In this document: piece after piece, positions 42,761-55,932 of the stretch
How the letters are laid out: each line of letters begins with the position of its first letter
How positions within the stretch are numbered: the stretch's first letter is position 1
Assembly: GCA_964016885.1 (NCBI GenBank)
Contig: OZ024740.1
Location: forward strand, 294,438,001-294,502,000
Direction: 5' to 3'
Source of the DNA: Eledone cirrhosa
Taxonomy: Eukaryota
DNA: 64,000 nt
Notes under the pieces: model-generated
The model's input: only the letters and a program-made list of their open reading frames with translations
Database searches by the model: none
What the model was told of the DNA's origin: nothing
Program-made: the position numbers and the translations under genes

Positions 42761-43871
42761 ACAAATAAAAAAATTTTTTTAAAAGCATGCAATATATTTA
42801 GTATCAAATGTTATCAAAATACACTTTATTTCACAAAACACCAGAATTTTTTCACAGAACACACTTTGGGAAACACTGCTCTAAAATATAGATAGAATTA
42901 AAAACTAAAAGAAACATAGTTAATTCTGTGTAAAACATCATCACTAAGTAATGGATTAACTACTTCATGGCATCAACAAGTATCTTTTGTAGTTTTTCTG
43001 TACATCATCATCATCACTATTTAATGTCCATTTTCCATGCTATAAGAAACAATTAATGCTCGAGTCAAATTATTGAAGCTTGTAAATACTCCAACCAAAT
43101 CCTCCTTCAAATAAATTAATATTACTTTAAATGTCATGATTATGACCAATATACCAGGCTTCACTATGATATGATGTCACAGTGGTTTTGAGTTGGTGTA
43201 GACTGACTTATTGTTAATTTTTCTTTTTTTTTTGTTCATTAGCTTTTTTATCCAACAGTTGTCTTAAGTCTTTCAGTTCTTCTGTGAAGTCTATAAAATA
43301 TTACTAATGTTGTATGTTATTGAAAAATTATAAGTACTGTACAAGACTATCCTTAGCTTTACAATAACCACCTTTCAAAAATTCTTAGTTTTTCATCACC
43401 ACCATTTTACTTTTGCTTTCCATGCTGGCATGAGCTGGACAGGTTGTCAGAGTCCAACACAAGATAGGACAGAGAGAGAGATTTTTCTCATACCCAACAC
43501 CTGATGGGGTATACTTAGTACATTTTGTCACAGCACAAGTACTATCACTTTACAGAGTGTACTGGGTGCATTTCATTGTGCCACCAGTACTAGAGAGGTT
43601 GTCATATATTGCCCACCATATTACAGAGTGTATGGGGTGCATTCTCTCAGTGGTTTTTGTTGTGACAGAGGTCGTCTTGTCCACTACAAGCTATGGGTCT
43701 ATGCAGTTTAATCTATGCAGTCTCTGATATCTTGCCATATTTACTTTTAGCATCAGAGCTTGCCTGGTAAGCAGGTTTTTTATAGGCTAGCAGAATTACC
43801 AGTCAACTGAAGAACCTATAGAATCTCCTTAAAGAAATTCAATTTCTTGAGGCTATTTTTCACCATATTCT

Positions 43872-44166
43872 CTAACCCTTTAGCATTTACATTACTCTCT
43901 CTCTCTCTCTATAGATATATAGATATATAGGTAAGTTATTCCGGGTTGAATCGGAGGTAACCACATGTATATATATATATATATATTACTATATACTATT
44001 GTATTTTCGCGGTAAAGCTTTATCTCAAATCTATGGGGTTTTGATGTTATTTATTTTGAGAACAGTACCTTAACATAAGCATGAGAGGCCTGTTACGGCC
44101 AGTTTGAACAGAAAGAGAGAAGAGAATTCTGGCTGGATACAGCCGGTTTAAATGTTAAAGTGTTAA
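43872..44166 (+). mobile_element. TTAA MITE interrupted by microsatellite and a ~40-bp insert
   Basis: MITE halves flank (CT)/(TA) repeats containing CCGGGTTGAATCGGAGGTAACCACA, similar to 40674-40698. Confidence 0.75.
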
Positions 44167-44824
44167 TTCTAATTAAATTATAAAGTTTCAAAGCCTACTA
44201 ATACACATTAACCCTTTCATTACGATATTTCTAATGAAAGCACTCCTTATGATTTTCAAAATATTTTGAAAATAATCGAGAGTTCGAACAGATACATAGA
44301 ATAACTGTCTTGTTAATGAGCTGTTTGGAACATAACTTAACAAAGGTCGACATACACAGACACACATACATTCATACATATATACACACACGCATCCATA
44401 CACACCCACACATTAAAAAATACACATATACATACCCACACATACATTCAAAAATACATATATATATATATATATATATATACATACCCACACATTCATA
44501 CATACAAACACATATGCATACAAACACACATAATTCAAAAATACATATATATATATATACATACCCACACAGACATTCATACATACTCACACATGCATAC
44601 AAACACATACATACATACACACACACACACATATACATATATACAACACAATAACAATAATATTTTCCCCATCCCCAATAAATCTCTAGAAGTATATTTT
44701 CCAGGTTATAAATCCTACCTATGACCACAAAAATACTTTCAGAGAGCCACATGAAAATGGCAGGGAATATCAAATGTTGAGTTTGTAAGTCACTACTGAG
44801 AGTATACATTTGATTATCCCTGTC

Positions 44825-45036
44825 GCATTTACATTACTCTACTGTTATATTTTCACAATAAAAGCTTTATCTCACATAATTATTTCACATAATATGGAAT
44901 CTACAAGGTTTTGATATTATCTATTTTGAGAACAATACCTTAATGTCAGTATGAGTGGCTGGTTATGGCCGGTTTGAACCAAAAGACATGAGAGAACTCT
45001 GGCCGGATACAGCCGGTTTAAATGCTAAAGAGTTAA
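44825..45036 (+). mobile_element. TTAA MITE
   Basis: Body and right TIR AAATGCTAAAGAGTTAA. Confidence 0.8.
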
Positions 45037-45214
45037 TGAGACGCTGAGAATGGCTGAGCAGAAATTGTAAAACATTTGTAATTAGGAATTTTGATGTATT
45101 TGTTTGATGTGGCCATCAATGGTTTTAACATCACCACATGGCTTTGGGGAGCCTTTAGCAGAATACATTTGGTTTGTTGAAAGTTTTCAGACTATTGTCT
45201 AAAGACCACTTCCC

Positions 45215-45465
45215 TCTTGGTAAGGTGATGGACTTAAACAATCATGTCATAAGTTTGATTCCTGGGCTGGGTTGTGTGTTACACTTCATTTCATGTTGCT
45301 TCTGTATACTCAGCTGAAAATGAGTACCAGTGACAATAGCTGGAGGTTTACCCCTGCGATGGATTGGCGTTCTGTTCAGGAGGAGTCTTTTACTTTCAGT
45401 CACTTCGACCACAAAACCAGGATAAGCACCAGCCTGATAAGCTTCTTGGCTCGAGACAGACTTTA
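45215..45465 (+). mobile_element. SINE family C
   Basis: Shares core and GATAAGCACCAGCCTGATAAGCTTCTTGGCTCGAGACAGACTTTA tail with 6841-7090. Confidence 0.65.
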
Positions 45466-45480
45466 GATATTATTATAAGC

Positions 45481-45834
45481 ATGGAGGCACATGGCAATGG
45501 AGGCACATGGCTTAGTGGTTAGAGCATTGGCCTTGCAATCGAAAGGTTGTGAGTTCAATTCTCAGACCGGGTGATATGTTGTTTCCTTGAGCAAGACACT
45601 TTATTTCACATTGCTCCAGTTCACTCAGCTGTAGAAATGAGATAGGGTCCCTATCATTCCACTGCAAAGTGGTCGTGGAGGTGCCACGGCAAAAAAGCAC
45701 CCAGCACTCACTGTAAATGAGGTTGGTGTTAGGAAGGGCATCCAGCTGTAGAAATCAAGCCAGAATCAGTTCCCGTCCCCACCCTTGCAAGCAGGGAAAA
45801 GCGGACGTAAAATGATGATGATTTTGATGATGAT
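45481..45834 (+). mobile_element. SINE family A with duplicated 5' end and collapsed central hairpin
   Basis: ATGGAGGCACATGGC occurs twice; hairpin reduced to GATAGGGTCCCTATC. Confidence 0.9.
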
Positions 45835-47344
45835 TTTCTGCCCTACAAGTTAAGCTTTTACTATTTTGGTATCAGCTTAACCCTTATAAATAAAACACAC
45901 ACACAAACAGACACAAACACATATTTGGTTTATTATAAAATTAAATCTACTGTATCTACATTACATCGTACAGCAGTGATGAGGTTCATTTCTGCCAGCT
46001 AGAATGAAAACTAAAACTTCTATACTATCATTATCATTTCCTTCTGTTGCACACACAACCTCCTCTTCCTCCTCCTCCCCCTTCCTCTTATGTTCGTCTG
46101 ATGCCATGACTGTTTGAGAACAGCGGGGCACCCACTTGCTGGCTGCTCTCTTATCCTTGAGAATTATTTGAAACTTATACAGAAAACTTTCTATACATTT
46201 CTACTTGAAAATGATTTTATAAACCACAAACCTAAATAAAAATGTTGACAAAAGTTTGAGTCCATTGCTAAACAACAATGAACAAAATATGTTGTTATTC
46301 TCCATTGTAGTGAAATCAGTTATACATCATAATACATGATGTAAACTCATAATATATGATGTATGCATCAAACATATATTATGTATACATCATGATATAT
46401 GATGTATACTTCATATATTATGATGTATACACTATATGTATACACCATAATATATTATGTATACATCATTGTACTGAAATTAGTAAACATCTTCACACAC
46501 AATCAGTTTCTTTATTAAATGGAACAACAAAAATAGTAAGTAATATTCCAGACACCATTTCATGAAGAATTGCTAGTTCCACTCAAATATAAATTATAAC
46601 TTCTCCATTGTAGTTAAAACTTTAAGCAGTGTGTTTATATTTTATTATTCTATCACAAGTTCCAGCCAACAGGCTGGGGCCATGCTGGGGCACCGCCATT
46701 GAATGGTAATAAAAGAAAGATATTAAGAAGTTTCATTAAGTTACATGTTAGCATTTGTTGGGCAGGCTGAATAAAAAAAAAACTGAAATAAGTAAAAAAA
46801 AAAAAAAATGATAAAGCTAAGAATGACAACTAAAATCCTATTTTAACTAGGCTAAGAGAAACAGCGAAAATATTTTATTATAGAAAATACAAATTCACAT
46901 AGAACTACGTGGAAACTACGTGAAGAAGCACTCATACATTACACAGATATGTAGTACATGTATGCTATATGTATAGGTTGTATGTATTGTTATAAATATG
47001 TATATAAAAAGTGGCATCATTCTAAGATAATAGCAGAAATGTGTGCTGGGATAAATAAGTAGTTAGCACGCTGTTCTCACAACTCCACAGCTGAGAAAGA
47101 TTCCTGACTATCAGGCAGAACATTCTGCAACAAACTTAATAACTTAAAAGAAAAAAAAAATCTATATAAAAAACCAAAAAAACTTAGGTTTACTCCATAT
47201 GCCTTCTCTCAAACAACACCAACAACACCCCACTCCGAAAAAAAAAGAGAGTTTGTTCATTCCTGCCAAAGAAGCAGACAGTTGTCAGACTTTGTAGTGA
47301 ATAAAAATAAAATGCATTAACCAGAGATATGCTATCAAAAGAAA

Positions 47345-47381
47345 CACACACATATATACATATGCACACACATGTATACGT

Positions 47382-47456
<75 letters not shown>

Positions 47457-47514
47457 CACACACACGCACACATATATATATATATATACACACACACGCA
47501 CACACATACATATA

Positions 47515-47569
<55 letters not shown>

Positions 47570-47587
47570 CATATACACACACACACC
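47345..47587. repeat. (CA)/(TA) microsatellite
   Basis: Direct inspection. Confidence 0.96.
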
Positions 47588-47752
47588 AAGATGAATAGGG
47601 GAGAGGAGGAAGAGAGAGGAGGGGGGAGAAAGAGAAAGGGTGGTAGAGAGATATATAAATGTGTTAAATAAGATCTGAAGAAAAAGAGAAGAAAAAAAAC
47701 AGAATTGTTGAAAGCTAAGCCATAATATCAGATATAACTAAATAACTGACCC

Positions 47753-48272
47753 AAAAGGGGAGTCACAACGTGGTCGTTCATGTTGCTAGATATAGCAGTC
47801 ACATCTTCTATTGGAAGTACATATTGGATAAAGGGGAGTCACAACGTGGTCGTTCATGTTGCTAGATATAGCAGTCACATCTTCTATTGGAAGTACATAT
47901 TGGATAAAGGGGAGTCGCAACGTGGTCGTTCATGTTGCTAGATATAGCAGTCAAATCTTCTATTGGAAGTACATATTGGATAAAGGGGAGTCACAACGTG
48001 GTCGTTCATATTGTTAGATATAACAGTCAAATCTTCTGAAATCATTCTATTGGAAGTATATATTGGATAAAAGGAAGTCACAACGTGGTCGTTCATGTTG
48101 CTAGATATAGCAGTCAAATCTGAAATCACATTCCATAGAAAGTACATATTGGATAAAGGGGAGTCACAACGTGGTTGTTCATGTTGCTAGATATAGCAGT
48201 CAAATCTTCTATTGGAAGTACATATTGGATAAAGGGGAGTCACAACATGGTTGTTCATGTTGCTAGATATAA
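47753..48272. repeat. 76-bp tandem array, about 7 copies (two units of 86-87 bp)
   Basis: AGTC register at 47761, 47837, 47913, 47989, 48076, 48162 and 48238. Confidence 0.96.
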
Positions 48273-48317
48273 CAGTGTGTGTATATGTATGTATATATAT
48301 ATAAATCACATTCTATT

Positions 48318-48717
48318 CATTTCATTTTACGTCCGCTTTTTCCTGCTTGAAAGGGGGGACGGGAACTGATTCTGGCTTGATTTCTACAGCTGGATGCCCT
48401 TCCTAACACCAACCACATTTACAGTGAGTGTTGGGTGCTTTTTTGTCATGGCACCTCCACGACCACTTTGCAGTGGAATGATAGGGACCCCAGTCCCTAT
48501 CATCTCATTTCTACAGCTGAGTAAACTGGAGCAATGTGAAATAAAGTGTCTTACTCAAGGAAACAACACATCACCCGGTCTGAGAATTGAACTCACAACC
48601 TTTCGATATTATGTGAGATAATTATGTGGAGTAAAGCCTTTGCTGTGAAAATATAATAGTAAATAGATATAGAGTTATGTGAATGGTAAAAGGTTAAGGA
48701 AAGCCATGTGCCTCCAT
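48318..48717 (-). mobile_element. SINE family A with a templated 102-bp insertion in its head
   Basis: SINE body 48318-48606, insert 48602-48703, residual head AAGCCATGTGCCTCCAT 48701-48717. Confidence 0.9.
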
Positions 48718-49187
48718 TCTATTGAAAGTATATATTGGATATAGGACTAATCATAGACACAGTCTTTAAAAAAATGGGATGGTCACAATGAAAACATCAT
48801 CATTTGACAGTGGGACCAAAACTGACGGGGGGGGGGGGGGGACGACTAAACAACAACTAATGATCTCTCATTTTCACCATACTTAAAATGGCAGAGAGAG
48901 AAAGAGGAGGGATGGGAAGAATATACCAGAATTTATAAACATAGTACAATGTGTGTGTGTGTGTGTGTGTGTTCTGTGTGAATCCAGTTTAGAATAGGTA
49001 CACAGAATACCTGTATGTTGTAAGTGACTAAAAAGGTAGTGTCAAGAAGGATACCAAGCTGTAAAATATTGCCTCAAAAAGCCCCTTACAACCTATACCA
49101 ATATGGAAAAGTTGACATAAAACTGTTGATGATATATATACACATGTAATATATATTTATAAAAATGCATTTCTGTAGTGACTTTCC

Positions 49188-49420
49188 TTAACCTTTTACC
49201 ATTCACATAACTCTATATCTATTTACTATTATATTTTCACAGCAAAGGCTTTACTCCACATAATTATCTCACATAATATCGAATCTATGAGATTTTGATG
49301 TTATTTATTTTGAGAACAATACCTTAACATCAGTATGAGCGGCCGGTTACAACTGGTTTCAACAGAAAGAGTTGAGAGAATTCTGGCTGAATACGGCTAG
49401 TTTAAATGCTAAAGGGTTAA
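49188..49420 (+). mobile_element. TTAA MITE
   Basis: TTAACCTTTTACCATTCAC...AAATGCTAAAGGGTTAA. Confidence 0.88.
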
Positions 49421-50028
49421 TGCTTGCACAATGATATACTAACTAAAATAAAAATGCAAGACTAATCCAGACCATAGCTTATGCACAGAGACAAACTCTT
49501 GACATTTTCTGGTGGTTATTTTTACACAATGAAGCTTACTTGGAGAAGTGTGTATTTGCCTAGCTTTATATAATATTCTGTCTGTCTATCTTTATATATT
49601 CTTACTATCATTGTATAATATTATAAGTGGGGTAAAGCAAACAAACATATGAAGCTAGAGCCTCTACATGTTCATTGAACCTGTTAGAAATAGCAACTAA
49701 ATCATACTCTATTTCTGTAAAATCATACTGAATAATGTAATGTTAGGTATATCCTTAACACATCTATGGATGACTGGAGTCTTTTTGATCAGTCAACTGT
49801 TTACATTAAAACATCTATGTTTAAACAATCCAGATTTGATTCAATGGAGATGGTTAGAATTGTGGTGATATTAGTTCAACTGGTTTTATTTACAAGAAAT
49901 TTGAAATAAAACTCCACTGATGAGTTTAATTCACTGAAATAGAGAAACTGAATGGTAAAACTACCATAAAAAATGAAACAATATCAACTCATTTATTGAT
50001 GCCATTCAATTTGATTACTGTAACTAAT

Positions 50029-50244
50029 TTAACCCTTTAGCATTCACATTACACTGTATTTACTATTGTATTTTTACAGAAAAAGCTTTACCTCACATAA
50101 TATCAAATCTATGAGATTTTGATATTATTTATTTTGAGAACAATACCTTAAAGTCAGTATGAGGGACGAGTTATGGCTAGTTTGAAGAGAAAGAGGTGAG
50201 AGAATTCTGGCTGGATACGGCTGGTTGAAATGCTAAAGGGTTAA
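50029..50244 (+). mobile_element. TTAA MITE
   Basis: Both TIRs and TTAA flanks present. Confidence 0.88.
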
Positions 50245-50523
50245 CATGTATTGGACCTTGGAAGTGTTCTGAATATTGCAATGGTAAATCGACTGATCCT
50301 CAATATGAACATATTTTCTCAATTATAATTAAAAGCAGTTTGAAAATGAGAAAGAAATTTAAAGGAAGCCTATTTTGTTTACAAAAATACTAATTTATTT
50401 CGTTTGTACCATTTTAGACTGAACGATTTGTATATTATATATCTTAATTAACACATTATCATTGTAGTAACTATTTCAAGAAAACAATCAACAGGATTGA
50501 ATGCTTATCAGTCATAATCTCTA

Positions 50524-50755
50524 TTAACCCTTTAGCGTTTACATTACTCTATATTTACTATAGTATTTTTGTGGTAAAGGCTTTATCTTACATAATTATC
50601 TCACATAACATTGAATCTATGAGATTTTGATGTTATTTATTTTGAGAACAATACCTTAATGTAGGTATGAGCAGCCAGTTACAGCCAGTTTGAACAGAAA
50701 GAGTTGAGAGAATTTTGGCCGGATACGGCCGGTTTAAATGATGCTAAAGGGTTAA
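50524..50755 (+). mobile_element. TTAA MITE
   Basis: Both TIRs and TTAA flanks present. Confidence 0.88.
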
Positions 50756-50769
50756 TCTGAAGTATTTTT

Positions 50770-50995
50770 AAATTTCCAATTTTTGGGGTGTTATACTATT
50801 GTAAATATCTAAATTTCCACTTTGCCAGGTACTGTACTATTGTAAATATCTATATTTCCACTTTGTCAGGTCCTGTACTATTGTAAACAACTAAATTTTC
50901 ACTCTGTCTGGTGTAAACATCTAAATTTCCACTTTGCCAGGTTTTGTACTATTGTAAATATCTAAATTTCCACATTCCACGGGTACTGTACTATT
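50770..50995. repeat. Degenerate 41-bp tandem repeat, about 5 copies
   Basis: Unit TACTATTGTAAATATCTAAATTTCCACTTTGCCAGGTACTG. Confidence 0.85.
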
Positions 50996-51666
50996 ACTCT
51001 ATTATGTGTTCCAGTTGACAGGCTGGGGTCATGCTGGAGCACCATCACTATTGTAAAGATCTAAATTCAAATTACTCAACAAAAACATCATTGGGTAAAT
51101 TTCACTTTTGAAAACTGTTCACTGGGTAACCACTGGAGAGTAGGATTAAACCTTATACATTTAGTCATTTATAAAGGTTAAAAGCAGTATATTACTATAG
51201 TATAAAGCATTGAGCACAGGGACCCTGAAAATATGGGGTTCATAACATATGTAATTCTTGTTAATAGATGAATCCAACACTGATACAGACACACACTTAA
51301 ATAAGCATACACACCACACACATGTATAACCACAAACACATACATGTATAACCACACACAGATACACACATCACGCACTTGTATAATCACACAATGTATA
51401 ACCACAAACATATACATGTATAACCACACACACACACATCACACACTTGTATAACCACATGCACCACACACAAAAATAAACAGAGATTGATATACAATGA
51501 TGATAAATAAGTGAAATTAAGACAGACATGATGTAAATAAAATATATGTTTATCTTATCTATAGATCAACATTACACTTTAAGTGTTAATTCAGTAATCC
51601 TAATCTATCAGCAACAATCAATAGGATGTAGTAATGAGAATTTTAAATATCACTAAATACACTGCC

Positions 51667-54182
51667 TAGTACAGTTGTTTTACTATAGAATCTATTGACA
51701 CCACTACATAGTACAGTTGTTTTAATATAGAATCTATTGACACCACTACATAGTACAGTTGTTTTAATATAGAATCTATTGACACCACTACATAGTACAG
51801 TTGTTTTAATATAGAATCTATTGACACCACTACATAGTACAGTTGTTTTAATATAGAATCTATTGACACCACTACATAGTACAGTTGTTTTAATATAGAA
51901 TCTATTGACACCACTACATTGTACAGTTGTTTTAATATAGGATCTATTGACACCACTACATAGTACAGTTGTTTTAATATAGGATCTATTGACACCACTA
52001 CATAGTACAGTTGTTTTACTATAGAATCTATTGACACAACTACATAGTACAGTTGTTTTAATATAGAATCTATTGACACCACTACATTGTACAGTTGTTT
52101 TAATATAGGATCTATTGACACCACTACATAGTACAGTTGTTTTAATATAGGATCTATTGACACCACTACATAGTACAGTTGTTTTACTATAGAATCTATT
52201 GACACAACTACATAGTACAGTTGTTTTAATATAGGATCTATTGACACCACTACATAGTACAGTTGTTTTACTATAGAATCTATTGACACCACTACATAGT
52301 ACAGTTGTTTTAATATAGAATCTATTGACACCACTACATAGTACAGTTGTTTTAATATAGGATCTATTGACACCACTACATAGTACAGTTGTTTTAATAT
52401 AGGATCTATTGACACCACTACATAGTACAGTTGTTTTAATATAGAATCTATTGACACCACTACATTGTACAGTTGTTTTAATATAGAATCTATTGACACC
52501 ACTACATTGTACAGTTGTTTTAATATAGGATCTATTGACACCACAACATTGTACAGTTGTTTTAATATAGAATCTATTGACACCACTACATAGTACAGTT
52601 GTTTTAATATAGAATCTATTGACACCACTACATTGTACAGTTGTTTTAATATAGAATCTATTGACACCACTACATAGTACAGTTGTTTTACTATAGAATC
52701 TATTGACACCACTACATAGTACAGTTGTTTTAATATAGAATCTATTGACACCACTACATAGTACAGTTACTGTAGTATAGGATCTATTGACACCACTACA
52801 TTGTACAGTTGTTTTACTATAGAATCTATTGACACCACTACATTGTACAGTTGTTTTAATATAGGATCTATTGACACCACTACATAGTACAGTTACTGTA
52901 GTATAGGATCTATTGACACCACAACATTGTACAGTTGTTTTAATATAGAATCTATTGACACCACTACATTGTACAGTTGTTTTAATATAGAATCTATTGA
53001 CACCACTACATAGTACAGTTATTTTAATATAGGATCTATTGACACCACTACATTGTACAGTTGTTTTAATATAGAATCTATTGACACCACTACATTGTAC
53101 AGTTGTTTTAATATAGAATCTATTGACACCACTACACATTGTACAGTTGTTTTAATATAGGATCTATTGACACCACTACATAGTACAGTTGTTTTAATAT
53201 AGGATCTATTGACACCACTACATTGTACAGTTGTTTTAATATAGGATCTATTGACACCACTACATAGTACAGTTGTTTTAATATAGAATCTATTGACACC
53301 ACTACATAGTACAGTTGTTTTAATATAGAATCCATTGACACCACTACACATTGTACAGTTGTTTTAATATAGAATCTATTGACACCACTACACATTGTAC
53401 AGTTGTTTTAATATAGAATCTATTGACACCACTACATTGTACAGTTGTTTTACTATAGAATCTATTGACACCACTACATAGTACAGTTGTTTTAATATAG
53501 AATCCATTGACACCACTACACATAGTACAGTTGTTTTAATATAGAATCTATTGACACCACTACATAGTACAGTTGTTTTAATATAGAATCTATTGACACC
53601 ACTACATTGTACAGTTGTTTTAATATAGAATCTATTGACACCACTACATAGTAGTTGTTTTAATATAGAATCTATTGACACCACAACATAGTACAGTTGT
53701 TTTAATATAGAATCTATTGACACCACTACATAGTACAGTTGTTTTAATATAGGATCTATTGACACCACTACATAGTACAGTTACTGTAGTATAGGATCTA
53801 TTGACACCACAACATTGTACAGTTGTTTTAATATAGGATCTATTGACACCACAACATTGTACAGTTGTTTTACTATAGGATCTATTGACACCACTACATA
53901 GTACAGTTGTTTTAATATAGAATCTATTGACACCACTACATAGTACAGTTGTTTTAATACAGGATCTATTGACACCACAACATTGTACAGTTGTTTTAAT
54001 ATAGGATCTATTGACACCACAACATTGTACAGTTGTTTTAATATAGGATCTATTGACACCACTACATTGTACAGTTGTTTTAATATCGAATCTATTGACA
54101 CCACTATATAGTACAGTTGTTTTACTATAGAATCTATTGACACCACTACATAGTACAGTTACTGTAGTATAGGATCTATTGA
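51667..54182. repeat. 42-bp minisatellite, about 60 copies
   Basis: Unit TAGTACAGTTGTTTTAATATAGAATCTATTGACACCACTACA with recurrent variants. Confidence 0.99.
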
Positions 54183-55446
54183 AACTTCAATTTTAACTCT
54201 ATCTTGCAGAAGACCAATATTATTCAAAGATGTAATATCAAGAGGAAAACAAATGTGTCAAGAGGACCCTTTGGTCATGTCAACGATATGACAGCCTCAA
54301 TAATATTGCTGATCTACAAGATAAAATGCCCCTAGTACATTCTGTTAAGTGGTTGGTGATAAGAAGGGTATCCAGCTGTAGAAAACTTGCCAAAGGTGTC
54401 AGGAGGACTTTTCAGTTGTGTCAAAGACATGATAGCCTTCTTGGTGCACCCAGTAGATTGTGGGAATGTATACAATCTAGATAAGGCCCTCTGCATGTTT
54501 TGAGATGCCAGAAGTTCTGGTTTATGAGGACTTGTCCAACCCTTGCTAGCAGAAAAAAAAGGAATTTAAATGCTACTGCTGATGATGATGATAATGACAA
54601 CAACAATTTCACTCTCATATGAGTCAACTCAAACGTCACATGATTATGAAGAAACCATCTTAATCATTCAATCACGATTGGAATGAATAAAAGCAAAACT
54701 CTGGTAATCACCCATCTAATGTATGACACCCACAAAGCTGATGACAGCGCCATCTATATCTAGAAACTACATTATTACTTGGTTTGGCCACCACACCCAT
54801 CAAGATCCTCCAGAAGCATATATTCAGCCATTCTACCATTTACCCTTTTGTTACCATATTCCTAATGAAATATACTGTTTTGAATTAATTCATGAAGAAT
54901 TAGATGGGATTTACTAAAATTAATGATTATTTCATTACTAAGTTGGTATTGGTAATATAATTTAACAAAATGTTCTTATATCAAATTATGTTGGAAGATA
55001 CAAATAGGAACCCTTAAAAAGTGTTGGTTGGGTTTCATCAAAACTGGAGGCAGTTTTGGGGGCAGGTTGGTATTGAAAGGTTTTAATCCAGCCTGATGTT
55101 ATTGGTTTTCCCCCAGGTCAGGTCTGATCAAACAAACCTCCTATGATCAAAGCCACTCAAGCCATGATCATCACAACTTTTCAGATAGTTTATCTCAGTC
55201 TGCACTATTTGATATACTTTTTCTAAGGATAGTTATGTGTGGTTTGACAGAGATTTGGCTACTATTCCTAGCAGGTTAAGCCACCATGTAGAAACTCCTC
55301 ATTGACTCATACAATGTAATATGGACAGCTGAAGACGTGGTTGTAGATCATCAAGGCAGACTTTACACTGATTAATCTCTAAGTAGAAAACAGAACTATG
55401 TCTGTATCGTCTAATACTTCAAATTTTCGCAACAATCTGTCCAGTT

Positions 55447-55612
55447 CATCATCATCATCATCATTTAACGTCCATGCTAGCATGGGTTAGACGATTTTGT
55501 TCCATTTGTTGCAGTATCGGTCGGGAAACCGTGTCTCGCTCGTACGGCACTGTCTCTGGCAGGTTTTCTACAGCTGGATGCCTTTCCTAACACCAACCAC
55601 ATTTACAGTGTA
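55447..55612 (-). mobile_element. RTE 3' tail
   Basis: (CAT)n-TTTAACGTCC...CTAGCATGGGTTAGACG...CCTAACACCAACC. Confidence 0.82.
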
Positions 55613-55932
55613 GAGTTATATATATATATTATAAACATTTAAATTAACAAACACATTTTAAGATATTTTTCTGCTAAAACATTGCAGTGTGTTAAGAGTT
55701 AATAGGAAGAGCTGTCTAAGCTTGCGAGAACAAGTAACTAGAAGACTTACAAAGATGTTGAATTGGCAATGCCAGATGTGAAATCTTCCATACTCATGAG
55801 TAAGTAGAGAATAATGCAGGTATCAATGTTTAATTAATTAATGATATACTATTTAATGAGCAGTTTATATATGTGTGTGTGTCTGAATGTGCACCCAGTA
55901 GGTATTAATATATACATAATAAGTGGAAGTGG

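Noticed and set aside
49917-49945. CTGATGA...GAAA
   Set aside because: No convincing stem II or stem I pairing.
51643-54146. Cys-containing repeat protein (CSGVNRFYIKTTV)n or CRISPR array
   Set aside because: No spacers, frame-breaking indels within the array, and no supported start or splice context.
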